Source of the DNA: Candidatus Nomurabacteria bacterium
GTDB taxonomy: Bacteria; Patescibacteriota; Minisyncoccia; Phycocordibacterales; UBA9973
DNA length: 64,000 nt
Assembly: GCA_023267435.1 (NCBI GenBank)
Contig: JAHFNH010000001.1
Location: 174,839-238,838, forward strand
Direction: 5' to 3'
Of the stretch, positions 28,061-37,630 are shown one piece after another. A program made the translations under genes and the position numbers. The notes beneath the pieces were generated by a model. The model did not search any database. It had not been told where the DNA came from and saw only the letters and a program-made list of their open reading frames with translations. Every line of letters starts with the position of its first letter. Position 1 is the first letter of the stretch.

Positions 28061-28471
28061 TTAAAATACTCGGATGATTTTGTCGGCGACTTCTTGCATC
28101 TCGCCTTCGTTGTATGGGCGCTTGCCGTGCCAATGAGTGAAACCATCATCTCCAAAACGTGGAACGACATGTAGATGTGCGTGAGATACTAGTTGGCCAG
28201 CAGCTTTTTCATTATTCATTTCTATATTTATTCCGTCAGCTTTGGTGGCAGTTTTAATAGCTATGCTGAGTTGTTTTGCTATCTCCATCATCTCACAGAG
28301 TATTTTAGTCGGAGTCGTGTAAATATTTTCCCAATGATCTTTAGGCACGACGAGTGTGTGTCCGATATTTACCGGATTGATATCTAAAAAGACGAAAATA
28401 TTTCTATCTTCATAAATCTTAGTGCTAGGTATTTCTCTTTTTATTATTTTACAAAATAAGCAATCTGGCAT
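28061..28471 (-). CDS. HIT-family (histidine triad) hydrolase
   Basis: CLFCKII and HAHLHVVPR form an HxHxHxx triad. The start is the Met of MPDCLFCK. Confidence 0.8.
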   Translation of the reverse strand: MPDCLFCKIIKREIPSTKIYEDRNIFVFLDINPVNIGHTLVVPKDHWENIYTTPTKILCEMMEIAKQLSIAIKTATKADGINIEMNNEKAAGQLVSHAHLHVVPRFGDDGFTHWHGKRPYNEGEMQEVADKIIRVF

Positions 28472-28555
28472 ATGGGTGTTCATTTGTAGATTATAGCAGA
28501 AATTAAAAGACAATAAAAAACACCAATCATTTTGATCGGTGTTTTTAAATTTTTG

Positions 28556-28939
28556 TTATGGTTTAACTTTTTTAACCCGGTAATTTTTTGCGAGCATTCT
28601 TATACCAATAATTCTTTCCGTTGATCCTTCCGGGAACTGATTCATTATTCTTCTTAAGCCGTCATGATTTAATGAAGATAGTTTTGATCCTTTGGGAAGT
28701 TTCAATTTTTGTTTTGTTTTAAAAGCTTCTTCAATTTCTTTTATCCCGATTTCCTCCTTTTTTGACATCTGATGAACATCGGTTTTTGCAAATTCTCTTT
28801 CTCTTTTTTTGTGTTGATTTTTTGCAACTTCGTTGGTTTTTTCCTGTATTACAGTAGGTTTTTCTTCAAGATATTTATCATGAACATCTGTAATTAAAAT
28901 AATCGGCCCTGTGCCGATAGTAATTCGTTTGTTTCGCAT
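28556..28939 (-). CDS. Hypothetical protein
   Basis: 127-aa ORF. Confidence 0.35.
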   Translation of the reverse strand: MRNKRITIGTGPIILITDVHDKYLEEKPTVIQEKTNEVAKNQHKKREREFAKTDVHQMSKKEEIGIKEIEEAFKTKQKLKLPKGSKLSSLNHDGLRRIMNQFPEGSTERIIGIRMLAKNYRVKKVKP

Positions 28940-29059
28940 ACTTTTAAGTTTTAAAGTTAGACAATTATTTCGAGGTACTATTTACCTTTGTTACCATATT
29001 ACCCTCAAATTATTTTTTGTCAATCTAATTTTGCAAAACTAATTGCTATACTTCCATTT

Positions 29060-30856
29060 ATGAAAAGGTATTCCGAGCTAATGCAAAATCTTTTAGAAAA
29101 ACGGGGAATTACTGATCCAGAGCAAGCTGAGATTTTTTTGAATCCGAGTTATGAACGAGATCTATATGATCCATTTTTAATGCGTGATATGGAGAAAGCT
29201 TGCGTCAGAATTTTTGAGGCGATGGAAGCCAAAGAAAAAATTGTGATTTATGCCGATTATGATTGTGATGGCATTCCTGGGGCGGTTATTTTGCAAGATC
29301 TATTTAAGAAAATTAATTATCCAAATTTCGAAGTTTACCCCAACACTAAAATTAAAGAAAAAAATAATTTTGGTGTTGGGGTTTATATACCCCAAAGAAA
29401 TTCCGAAGGATATGGTTTGAATTTGTCTGCCATTAAACAATTTGCGGATAATGATGTAAAACTTTTAATTACCGTTGATCTTGGCATCACGGCGGTGGCT
29501 GAAGTTGCTCAAGCGAAAGTTGATGATATTGATGTCATTATTACCGACCACCATTTACCTAAAATTGCTTCGCCTCATGAAATTTCTTCCTCCTGTGCCC
29601 TTCCCGGAGTACCGGGTGGGACCCTCGGAGATAAGAAATTTCATGAGACTCTGCTTTTACCGCACGCTTATGCTATTTTAAATCCAAAAGTAGATGATTA
29701 CCCTGAAAAAATGTTATGTGGCGCAGGTGTGGCATTTAAGCTCGTGCAAGCATTTGTAAAAAAATATGGGGAATATTTTAAAATAACAGACGGCTGGGAA
29801 AAGTGGCTTTTAGATATGGCAGGCATGGCGACGCTTTCAGATATGGTGCCACTGTTGGGAGAGAATCGTGCGATTGCTAGTTTTGGAATAAAAGTTTTAA
29901 GAAAATCTCCTCGTCCGGGCTTGATGAAACTTTTAACTAAAATGAATATCGATCAAAGATATCTTACCGAAGATGACGTCGGTTTTATGATCGCTCCACG
30001 ATTAAATGCCGCTTCTCGAATGGATGATCCGATGCGTGCTTTTGAACTGTTAGCAACGAATGATGCAGCCCTAGCTGATACTCTGGCGAAACATCTTACA
30101 AAAATAAATGACGAAAGAAAATTAATCGTGGCCGGCATTATGCGTGAGGTGAATAAAAAATTTGGCAATAGTTCTTTGCATGAAATGAAAGAAGTTGTGG
30201 TAATAGGTAATCCAGCTTGGCGCGTGGGCGTCTTGGGTCTCGTAGCAGGTAAAATATCAGATGAATATAAGAAACCGGTTTTTGTTTGGGGTAGAGATGA
30301 GAATGATTGTATAAAAGGTTCTTGTCGTTCCGATGGTTCAGTATCAGTCGTGGAATTGATGACGGAAACAAAAGATCACTTTATAGAATTCGGTGGACAT
30401 GAATTGGCAGGCGGTTTTACTGCCCTAAATGAAAAAATACATTTTCTAGAAGAAACATTATCTGTCGCTTATGGAAAAGTAAAACGAGATAAAAAAGAAA
30501 CAGAAATATCTTTCGATGTAAAATCAGACTTAAGTATTGTAAATATGAAGAGTTGGAGAGAATTAGAAAAAATAGCTCCGTTTGGTTTGGAGAATCCTAA
30601 ACCAGTTTTCTTTTTTGAAGGAGCAAAGATTGAGAACTTAAAAAGTTTCGGCAAAAATAATTCCGGCGAGCATTTGGAAATAATTTTTTCTGACGCCAGC
30701 AAGAATAAAATTAAAGCTATTTCTTTTTTCTCCACGATTGATTCCTTTAAAGTTCCTTTGGCTCTGGGATTGAGCGTAAATTTATTGGCGACTTTTGATT
30801 TGTCTCATTTCGCTGGCAGAGAAGAGCTACGATTAAGAATTGTTGATATACTATAA
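29060..30856 (+). CDS. recJ: Single-stranded-DNA-specific exonuclease RecJ (DHH/DHHA1)
   Basis: YADYDCDGIPG and ITDHH are DHH motifs. The ORF track starts at 28988; the Met at 29060 is preferred. Confidence 0.85.
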   Translation: MKRYSELMQNLLEKRGITDPEQAEIFLNPSYERDLYDPFLMRDMEKACVRIFEAMEAKEKIVIYADYDCDGIPGAVILQDLFKKINYPNFEVYPNTKIKEKNNFGVGVYIPQRNSEGYGLNLSAIKQFADNDVKLLITVDLGITAVAEVAQAKVDDIDVIITDHHLPKIASPHEISSSCALPGVPGGTLGDKKFHETLLLPHAYAILNPKVDDYPEKMLCGAGVAFKLVQAFVKKYGEYFKITDGWEKWLLDMAGMATLSDMVPLLGENRAIASFGIKVLRKSPRPGLMKLLTKMNIDQRYLTEDDVGFMIAPRLNAASRMDDPMRAFELLATNDAALADTLAKHLTKINDERKLIVAGIMREVNKKFGNSSLHEMKEVVVIGNPAWRVGVLGLVAGKISDEYKKPVFVWGRDENDCIKGSCRSDGSVSVVELMTETKDHFIEFGGHELAGGFTALNEKIHFLEETLSVAYGKVKRDKKETEISFDVKSDLSIVNMKSWRELEKIAPFGLENPKPVFFFEGAKIENLKSFGKNNSGEHLEIIFSDASKNKIKAISFFSTIDSFKVPLALGLSVNLLATFDLSHFAGREELRLRIVDIL

Positions 30857-30858
30857 AA

Positions 30859-31629
30859 ATGCAAAATAAAGAAGATAAGCAAATCATAATACATACCGAC
30901 GGTGCGGCGAAAGGCAATCCTGGAAAGGGTGGTTGGGGGACGATAATTATTTTAGATAATAAAAAAGTTGTTGAACTTGGCGATAAGGTAAAACTCGCGA
31001 CCAATAATCAAATGGAACTTCAAGCGATGATTGAAGGTTTGAAATATGTTGCACAAAAAATAAAACCAAAAGATGCACAGATAAATATATTTTCAGATTC
31101 CAATTATCTTTTGAATGGCATAACTTCTTGGATAAAAAGTTGGCAGGCGAATGGCTGGCAGACGAAAGCTAAGCAAGATGTTTTAAACAAGGAATATTGG
31201 GAAGAATTAAGTATGTATAAAGAAAAACTTTCTCAAATATCTCTTGGCAATAAACTTTCTTTTAATAAAGTAAAAGGACATAACGGTGATCCATTAAATG
31301 AAAGGTGTGACGATATTGCCTCCGGTTTTGGATTAGAAGAAGATGTAGAACTTTTCTCTGGTGATTTAGAAAAATATAAAAAAGTTTTTAGTTTACCTGC
31401 GAATGTAGAAAAAGCTGTTGCAAAAAAAGTATCATCAAAAAAATCTAGTTCTAGCAAGCAAGTTTATTCTTATGTCTCGATGGTAGCTGATAAGGTCTTT
31501 GCCAATAAAACTTGGGCAGAGTGTGAAAAGAGGGTAAAAGGCAAATCCGGTGCGAAATACAAAAAGGTATTCTCCAAAGAAGAAGAACAAGATTTGATTG
31601 CTTTGTGGACACTAAAATCTCTATTTTAA
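30859..31629 (+). CDS. rnhA: Ribonuclease HI with a C-terminal hybrid-binding-domain-like extension
   Basis: RNase H core HTDGAAKGNPGKGGWG...SDSNYLLNG...KVKGHNG. The C-terminus KTWAECEKRVKGKSGAKYKKVFSKEEEQDL resembles the HBD/Cauli_VI motif W.EC...V.G..GA.YK.F. Confidence 0.8.
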   Translation: MQNKEDKQIIIHTDGAAKGNPGKGGWGTIIILDNKKVVELGDKVKLATNNQMELQAMIEGLKYVAQKIKPKDAQINIFSDSNYLLNGITSWIKSWQANGWQTKAKQDVLNKEYWEELSMYKEKLSQISLGNKLSFNKVKGHNGDPLNERCDDIASGFGLEEDVELFSGDLEKYKKVFSLPANVEKAVAKKVSSKKSSSSKQVYSYVSMVADKVFANKTWAECEKRVKGKSGAKYKKVFSKEEEQDLIALWTLKSLF

Positions 31630-31654
31630 TTTTGTTAAAAAATTTGAAAATAAA

Positions 31655-31712
31655 AAAGCCACTTCAATAATGAAGTGGCCCAAATCAACTATGTTGATTT
31701 TATTTTTTAAAG
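31655..31712. terminator. Terminator hairpins between convergent genes
   Basis: Hairpin gccacttca/tgaagtggc is followed by a T-run on the minus strand. Hairpin atcaac-tat-gttgat is followed by a T-run on the plus strand. Confidence 0.5.
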
Positions 31713-32236
31713 GCAGAAACCCAAAGTTCAAAATAAGCTGCGAAATCTTTCATTAAAGCATCTTTGTCGGCAATGGAAAGTTTTCCTTTTTCCAACTGTT
31801 TTCTTAATGCAACTGTTTTGTTCTTCAGCTCTGAAGTTTTGGCGATCAAATTTGTAGCTTCAGTTTCATCCAGTACCGGCTCATAATCCCCGGTGCTGAT
31901 CCTTTCATTCAGGATAGCCATCTTTGCTTTTTCGAACAAAATAGCTTGTTTAGGTGTAAACATGTCCTGTTCTGATGGTTTGATGAATTGATGCAAGCAT
32001 GAATCGATCTTTTTAAAGTTATCAATAGCTCTGTCGAGCGTGGCAGTAGAAATTTTGTCATACGATCTGCCGTCAATGGATGAAATATCGTAGGCATAAT
32101 TGAATGCCTGAAAACTGTAAACATAGCGGCTTTGTTCCTTGTCCGCATCAGAAAGTTTGTCTTGTGCGTGTGCGTTGCACGCAAAAAGTAACGCAGTCAT
32201 CACTATAAAAGTGATCATTTTGGCTTTGTTTTTCAT
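31700..32236 (-). CDS. Putative lipoprotein / secreted protein
   Basis: Signal peptide with the lipobox-like LLFAC. Confidence 0.5.
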   Translation of the reverse strand: MKNKAKMITFIVMTALLFACNAHAQDKLSDADKEQSRYVYSFQAFNYAYDISSIDGRSYDKISTATLDRAIDNFKKIDSCLHQFIKPSEQDMFTPKQAILFEKAKMAILNERISTGDYEPVLDETEATNLIAKTSELKNKTVALRKQLEKGKLSIADKDALMKDFAAYFELWVSAFKK

Positions 32237-32367
32237 GTGTATTTAATTATTAGGGGTTAAATTTTTGTTTATTTTTTAACTGACAAGTTCTTCTGTTTTT
32301 GATACTACAACATACTGATTAATAAGTCAACTAATCTTTCTGTAATTTCTTTTCTTCGCCCAATTAT

Positions 32368-32395
32368 TTGACATTACATTTTAATTTGCTAGTAT
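32368..32395 (+). promoter_or_regulatory. Promoter of the rpsS operon (TTGACA-16-TGcTAGTAT)
   Basis: -35 TTGACA at 32368-32373, extended -10 tgcTAGTAT at 32387-32395. The same architecture precedes rpsZ. Confidence 0.45.
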
Positions 32396-32435
32396 GACTT
32401 GAGGCTCAATTGGGAGCTTTTTGTTTACTCATTTT

Positions 32436-32783
32436 ATGACAAGATCAATCAAAAAAGGAATATTGGTGGACGAAAGGCTAATGAAAAAGATAGCCGGCAA
32501 GAGTCCGCTTCAGACTCCCATGATAAAAACATGGAAAAGAGCGTGTCAGATCCCTCCTGAAATGGTTGGTTTTACTTTTGGCGTATATAACGGTAAGACT
32601 CACGTCGAAGTTATCATCACCGAAGACATGGTTGGACACAGACTTGGAGAATTTTCCCCAACTAAGAAATTCATGAAACACGGAGGAAAGATGCAGAAAG
32701 AGCTTGAACAAAAGAAGAAGGAAGCTGAAATAACAGCAGCCAAGGGAGCAAGTGCCGCCGCAGCTGACGCAAAGAAGAAATAA
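32436..32783 (+). CDS. rpsS: 30S ribosomal protein S19 (K/A-rich C-terminal extension)
   Basis: Motif GHRLGEFSPTKKFMKHGG. The preferred start is the ATG at 32436. Confidence 0.9.
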   Translation: MTRSIKKGILVDERLMKKIAGKSPLQTPMIKTWKRACQIPPEMVGFTFGVYNGKTHVEVIITEDMVGHRLGEFSPTKKFMKHGGKMQKELEQKKKEAEITAAKGASAAAADAKKK

Positions 32784-32800
32784 TTTAAATATTAAATATA

Positions 32801-33250
32801 ATGAAAGCCTTTTTAAAAAATTATAGACAATCTCCTAGAAAAGTTCGCCTAGTGGCAGGACTAATCAGAGGAAAAGATGTTGACGAAGCTCTTGCAGAGT
32901 TGAGTTTTTTGGCGAAGCGTGCAGGTGAACCTATAAAAAAGCTTTTACTTTCAGCTGTTGCAAATGCAAAGCAGACTGGAGCAGAGAAAGAAAATTTATT
33001 TATTAAAGAAATACGAGTAGACAAAGGTATTGTAATGAAAAGAATGATGCCGGCAGCCATGGGTACTGGACACAGAATCAACAAGAGAACCAGTCACATC
33101 TTACTTGTATTAGCTGAAAAGGTTGCCAAAGAAGCTAAATCAAAAGCAAAAAAAGTTGAAAAGGCAGTAGTATCAAAGGTTGTAAAAGCAAAAGTAACAA
33201 AAACAGCCGCAAAGCCAAAAGTGGCAAAAGCTGTAAAGAAGACCAAATAA
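32801..33250 (+). CDS. rplV: 50S ribosomal protein L22 (Lys-rich C-terminal extension)
   Basis: L22 core sequence. Confidence 0.9.
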   Translation: MKAFLKNYRQSPRKVRLVAGLIRGKDVDEALAELSFLAKRAGEPIKKLLLSAVANAKQTGAEKENLFIKEIRVDKGIVMKRMMPAAMGTGHRINKRTSHILLVLAEKVAKEAKSKAKKVEKAVVSKVVKAKVTKTAAKPKVAKAVKKTK

Positions 33251-33254
33251 TTTT

Positions 33255-33941
33255 ATGTCAAAAATAGTACACCCATATGCACATAGATTAGTAATACTTA
33301 GAGACTGGAAGTCTCGCTGGTTTGCTGATCCTAAAAAATACTGTGAGTACCTAAAGGGTGACGTTCTTATTCGTGAATTCTTGGAAAAGAAATTGCGCGG
33401 AATGTATATTTCTACTATTGAAATAGAAAGAAACCAAAAGGCGACTCGTTTTATCATTAAAACATCCCGCCCAGGACTTATCATCGGACGATCCGGTGAA
33501 GGCGCGACAAAACTTAAAGAAGAAATTTTGAAAAAAATGGCAAAACTAAAACTAACAAAGCTTGAAGATTTCAAGCTTGAAATAGTTGAAGTTGCAAATC
33601 CAGAAGCTGATGCTGCTATCGTTGCTTATATGATCGCTGAAGGTTTAGAGAAAAGAATGCCATATCGCCGAGTCATCAAGCAAGTTATCGAAAAGTGTAT
33701 GACTACTCGCGGAGTAGAAGGAGCAAGAGTTGTTCTTTCCGGCAGACTTGGTGGAGCTGAAATCGCTCGTACGGAAGAGCTTAAGCGCGGATCTATCCCG
33801 CTTCAGACTTTCCGCGCGGACATTGATTTCAAAAGAGAAAAAGCCCATTTGCCATACGGAGATGTCGGTATAAAGGTCTGGATTTATCGCGGTAAAATAT
33901 TTTCTCAGAAGAAAAAAGGAGAAGATAAAACCTTAAATTAA
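33255..33941 (+). CDS. rpsC: 30S ribosomal protein S3
   Basis: KH and S3-C domains. Confidence 0.95.
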   Translation: MSKIVHPYAHRLVILRDWKSRWFADPKKYCEYLKGDVLIREFLEKKLRGMYISTIEIERNQKATRFIIKTSRPGLIIGRSGEGATKLKEEILKKMAKLKLTKLEDFKLEIVEVANPEADAAIVAYMIAEGLEKRMPYRRVIKQVIEKCMTTRGVEGARVVLSGRLGGAEIARTEELKRGSIPLQTFRADIDFKREKAHLPYGDVGIKVWIYRGKIFSQKKKGEDKTLN

Positions 33942-33950
33942 TAAAAATAT

Positions 33951-34379
33951 ATGTTATTACCCAAAAAAGTAAAATTCAGAAAGTGGCACACCATGCGCTT
34001 AAATCCAAAAGCCATGACGCCAGAGACCAGAGGCACTAAATTAGCCTTCGGTTCTTTTGGTCTTAAAGCTGAGACTCAGGCACGCGTAAAATCAAACCAA
34101 ATCGAATCTGCTCGAAAAGCCATGTCTCGTACTTTGACCAAAGCCGGAAAATACTGGATTCGAATTTTTCCAGACAGACCATATACTGCAAAAGCTGCAG
34201 AAGTGGGCATGGGAAAGGGAAAAGGAGATCCACAAGGTTATTGTTTCGAAGTTTTCCCTGGACGCATAATTTTCGAAGTTGATGGAATAGACGAAGCGAC
34301 TGCACGCGAATCATTGAGAAAGGCCGGTACAAAGCTTCCAGTTAAGACCAGAATAGTATCAAGAGTTCATAAGCAATAG
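33951..34379 (+). CDS. rplP: 50S ribosomal protein L16
   Basis: Begins MLLPKKVKFRK. Confidence 0.95.
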   Translation: MLLPKKVKFRKWHTMRLNPKAMTPETRGTKLAFGSFGLKAETQARVKSNQIESARKAMSRTLTKAGKYWIRIFPDRPYTAKAAEVGMGKGKGDPQGYCFEVFPGRIIFEVDGIDEATARESLRKAGTKLPVKTRIVSRVHKQ

Positions 34380-34412
34380 TTCGACAGGCTCACTATAAAT
34401 AATTATAAATAT

Positions 34413-34613
34413 ATGGCAAAGAAAACAGAAAACAATATAAAAGGAATGAAAGTTGATGAACTTAAAAAAATGCTTGCCGATTTACAGGAAAGCATCCGAG
34501 TCATCAAATTCAAAGGACAAGGTTCAAAAACAAAGAATGTCAAAGAAGCTAGCACTCTACGAAAAGAAATTGCTCGAGTGTTGACAGAAATGAATAAAAA
34601 CAATAAAAAGTAA
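34413..34613 (+). CDS. rpmC: 50S ribosomal protein L29
   Basis: 66-aa L29-like helical protein. Confidence 0.85.
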   Translation: MAKKTENNIKGMKVDELKKMLADLQESIRVIKFKGQGSKTKNVKEASTLRKEIARVLTEMNKNNKK

Positions 34614-34636
34614 TATAAAAGAATTAATACAAATAT

Positions 34637-34897
34637 ATGGCAACAAAAGTAAAAAAAGAAATAACAGAAAAGAAAGGCAATATCTTAAAAGGAGTTGTTG
34701 TTTCAGATAAGATGGATAAAACCGTCGTTGTTTCTGTTTCACGCTTTGTTAAGCATCCAAAGTATGGAAAATTTCAGAAAGTGAGCAAGAAATACAAAGC
34801 TCACGATGAAGAGAATAAATATAAAACAGGAGATACTGTTGAAATACAAGAAACCAGACCAATTTCAAAAGATAAGAACTTTAAAGTAATAAAATAA
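34637..34897 (+). CDS. rpsQ: 30S ribosomal protein S17
   Basis: Motif [14 protein letters not shown]...TGDTVEI. Confidence 0.9.
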   Translation: MATKVKKEITEKKGNILKGVVVSDKMDKTVVVSVSRFVKHPKYGKFQKVSKKYKAHDEENKYKTGDTVEIQETRPISKDKNFKVIK

Positions 34898-34901
34898 TTT
34901 T

Positions 34902-35273
34902 ATGATTCAAACAGAAACATTAGTAAAAATAACAGACAATGCTGGAGGCACCGTAGGAAAGGTGTTCAAGGTTTTAGGCAGTGCCCACAAGAGATACGCT
35001 CAGCTCGGAGAGATAGTTATTATTTCTGTTAAAGTTGCTCAGCCTAGAAAGGGAGTTAAGAAGAAAGATGTTCACCAAGCTGTCGTCGTTAGACAACGCA
35101 ATGCTTTCAGAAGAAAAGACGGTTCTTATATAAGATTTGATGACAATGCGGTAGTAATATTAGAAAAAGGAAAGAAAGATCCAAAAGCAGGACGCGTATT
35201 CGGACCTATCCCAAGAGAGCTTGCAGAAAAGGGATTCCAGAAAATAATTTCTTTAGCACCTGAGGTTATATAA
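34902..35273 (+). CDS. rplN: 50S ribosomal protein L14
   Basis: Begins MIQTETLVKITDNAG. Confidence 0.95.
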   Translation: MIQTETLVKITDNAGGTVGKVFKVLGSAHKRYAQLGEIVIISVKVAQPRKGVKKKDVHQAVVVRQRNAFRRKDGSYIRFDDNAVVILEKGKKDPKAGRVFGPIPRELAEKGFQKIISLAPEVI

Positions 35274-35282
35274 ATCAAATAT

Positions 35283-35588
35283 ATGAAATTAAAAAAAGGA
35301 GACAATGTAATAATCGTAACAGGAAAAGATAAAGGTAAGAAAGGTAAAATTGCCCGTGTTTTGGTTGAGAAAAACAGAGTGGTAGTAGAAGGCATTAATA
35401 TGATGAAGAAACATCAGCGTCCTAGAAAGTCTGGTGAAAAAGGCCAGATGATCAATATCGCAATGCCTATCCACGCTTCCAATGTTATGATCGCAGATCC
35501 AAAGACAGGCAAGCCTTCACGCTTAGGCAAGAAGAAAATTGGTGATAAGGTGGTAAGAATCGCTCGAAAGAGCAGTCAAGAAGTTTAA
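35283..35588 (+). CDS. rplX: 50S ribosomal protein L24
   Basis: KOW motif KKGDNVIIVTGKDKGKKG. Confidence 0.9.
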   Translation: MKLKKGDNVIIVTGKDKGKKGKIARVLVEKNRVVVEGINMMKKHQRPRKSGEKGQMINIAMPIHASNVMIADPKTGKPSRLGKKKIGDKVVRIARKSSQEV

Positions 35589-35600
35589 TAACAAATATTT

Positions 35601-36167
35601 ATGAAACATTTAACTGTAAAAGAAAAAGAAGTACTAATTTTCGATAAAATGAAAAGTACTTTTCACTATAAGAACATAATGGCTTCTCCTAAATTAAAGA
35701 AGATCGTTTTGAACGTCGGTACTGGAACTGCTATCAAGAAAGACAAGAATAAAAATGAAGCTATTGCAGAACGTCTAGCAAAAATCACCGGACAGAAGCC
35801 AGCCAAGAGAGGAGCAAAACAGTCCATCGCTTCTTTCAAGATTCGCCAAGGCGATCCTGTCGGAGTCATGGTGACTCTTCGTGGAAAGAGAATGTATGCT
35901 TTCCTTGAAAAGTTGATCAATGTTGCCCTTCCTCGTACCAAAGACTTCCGCGGTATCAATCGCAGAGCAGTGGACAATATCGGCAACCTTACTATCGGTA
36001 TCAAAGAACACACTATTTTCCCTGAAACAGCTGATGAAGATATCAAAGATGTTTTCGGTCTTGCTATCACAATAGTATCAAGTGCTAAGACAAAACCCGA
36101 AGGTTTCATGTTTTATGAACTCTTAGGAATGCCTTTTAAGAAAGAAGACGACAAGAAAAAGAAATAA
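35601..36167 (+). CDS. rplE: 50S ribosomal protein L5
   Basis: N-terminus aligns with L5. Confidence 0.9.
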   Translation: MKHLTVKEKEVLIFDKMKSTFHYKNIMASPKLKKIVLNVGTGTAIKKDKNKNEAIAERLAKITGQKPAKRGAKQSIASFKIRQGDPVGVMVTLRGKRMYAFLEKLINVALPRTKDFRGINRRAVDNIGNLTIGIKEHTIFPETADEDIKDVFGLAITIVSSAKTKPEGFMFYELLGMPFKKEDDKKKK

Positions 36168-36175
36168 AAATAAAT

Positions 36176-36217
36176 TAAAAATCCCCCGCCGACGAAAGTC
36201 GGCGGGGGATTTTGTTT
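36176..36217 (+). terminator. Strong intrinsic terminator directly after rplE, ending the S19-L5 transcription unit
   Basis: Stem atcccccgccgac/gtcggcgggggat plus a T-run. Confidence 0.75.
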
Positions 36218-36308
36218 CACCCAACATTCAGTTGACTTTTTAAGTAATATATGATAGAGTGTGAAGGACTAACTTCTTTGAAATAACTAAAAATCTTATA
36301 TATAGAAA

Positions 36309-37508
36309 ATGAAAAAAACAGCTAATGTGTTGTTATTTATAGCGATAGCTGTAATAACAAATATTTCTTTTGCCCAACAGGGTAAAGGAATGAAATTCGA
36401 AAGTGATTCATCACTCGTTAGTGCTTTATCAAAAGCAAAAAGTGAAGGTAAGAATGTTTTCATTGATTGCTTTACCACCTGGTGTGGTCCGTGCAAATTG
36501 ATGGTGAAAAATGTTTTTCCCAATGATACGGTGGGTGAATTCTTTAATTCTCACTTTGTCTGTATCAGCTACGATATGGAAACAAGTATTGGAAAAGAAC
36601 TCGCCAGGACATTTGAAGTGAATTGCTATCCGACTTATCTTTTTTTAGATAAAGACGGTAAATTGTTACACAGATCAAGCGGTGCACAACCTGTAAAGGA
36701 TTTCGTACAACTTGGCCATGATGCAGTTAATCCGGAGAAACAATATGCAACACTTGAGTATGATTACAAATCAGGTGGCATTACTCCTTTAGAGCTTATT
36801 CAGTATATGCATCTGCGACAAAATTCCGGGATGTCGGTTGACCAAGAACTGGAAAAGTATTTCAGCACTCAAAAAGAAGCTGATTATACTAGTAGTATGA
36901 ACTGGTCTGTAATTCGTGATTTTGGTGTGGACTACAAATCGCCTGTGTTTCAGTATTTGCTTAAAAGCAGAGAGGAATTTTGTGAATTGCATAATGCTGA
37001 TTCTGTAAATATGGTTTGCGTGTCACCTTATGCCAAGTTAATGAATAAATATATTTTTGGTAAAGTTCCTGATACAACTGGTTACAAAAATATACGAACA
37101 GAATTAATTGCACTTAAATTGCCGTCCACTGAACGCTTCATCCTTGGTATGGATTTATCATTTTATGAAATAACTCAAAATTGGCAGCAATTTGCTAAAA
37201 CAGCTGTTATTCATATTGAAGGTTATCATTACGATAGTCCTGAAGAGATAAATTATACCGCTTATTCATTTTATGAGCATATAAACGACACAGCATATTT
37301 GGAAAAAGCATTAGAATGGACTAAATGTTCTTTGGATATAAAAGAAGATCCGGCTTACATGGACACTTATGCTTCTTTGCTCTTTAAATTGGGTAGAAAA
37401 AAAGAAGCTCAAGCCATGGAAGAAAAGGCACTTAAATTAGCAAAAGAAAATGGAGAAGATATTTCTCAGTATGAAGAAATGTTCGCTAAAATTAAAGGTT
37501 TAAAATAG
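36309..37508 (+). CDS. Secreted thioredoxin-fold protein (CxxC = WCGPC) with a C-terminal helical domain
   Basis: Signal peptide LLFIAIAVITNISFAQ followed by FIDCFTTWCGPCK. Confidence 0.7.
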   Translation: MKKTANVLLFIAIAVITNISFAQQGKGMKFESDSSLVSALSKAKSEGKNVFIDCFTTWCGPCKLMVKNVFPNDTVGEFFNSHFVCISYDMETSIGKELARTFEVNCYPTYLFLDKDGKLLHRSSGAQPVKDFVQLGHDAVNPEKQYATLEYDYKSGGITPLELIQYMHLRQNSGMSVDQELEKYFSTQKEADYTSSMNWSVIRDFGVDYKSPVFQYLLKSREEFCELHNADSVNMVCVSPYAKLMNKYIFGKVPDTTGYKNIRTELIALKLPSTERFILGMDLSFYEITQNWQQFAKTAVIHIEGYHYDSPEEINYTAYSFYEHINDTAYLEKALEWTKCSLDIKEDPAYMDTYASLLFKLGRKKEAQAMEEKALKLAKENGEDISQYEEMFAKIKGLK

Positions 37509-37516
37509 TTTTTAAT

Positions 37517-37550
37517 GAAAAACCGAGATAGATATCTCGGTTTTTTAATT
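37517..37550 (+). terminator. Intrinsic terminator
   Basis: Stem ccgagatag/atatctcgg plus a T-run. Confidence 0.7.
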
Positions 37551-37570
37551 TTTATGTGTGATATAATATA

Positions 37571-37630
37571 TCAAGTATTTTAATTATTAGTTTAATTTTA
37601 TAAAAAAATGAAAAAATATATATTAGGAAG
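37571..37630 (+). promoter_or_regulatory. Duplicated promoter/leader module, copy 1
   Basis: ttttaattattagtttaatttt(a)taaaaaaatgaaaaaatatatattagg is about 90% identical to 41432-41482. Confidence 0.5.
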
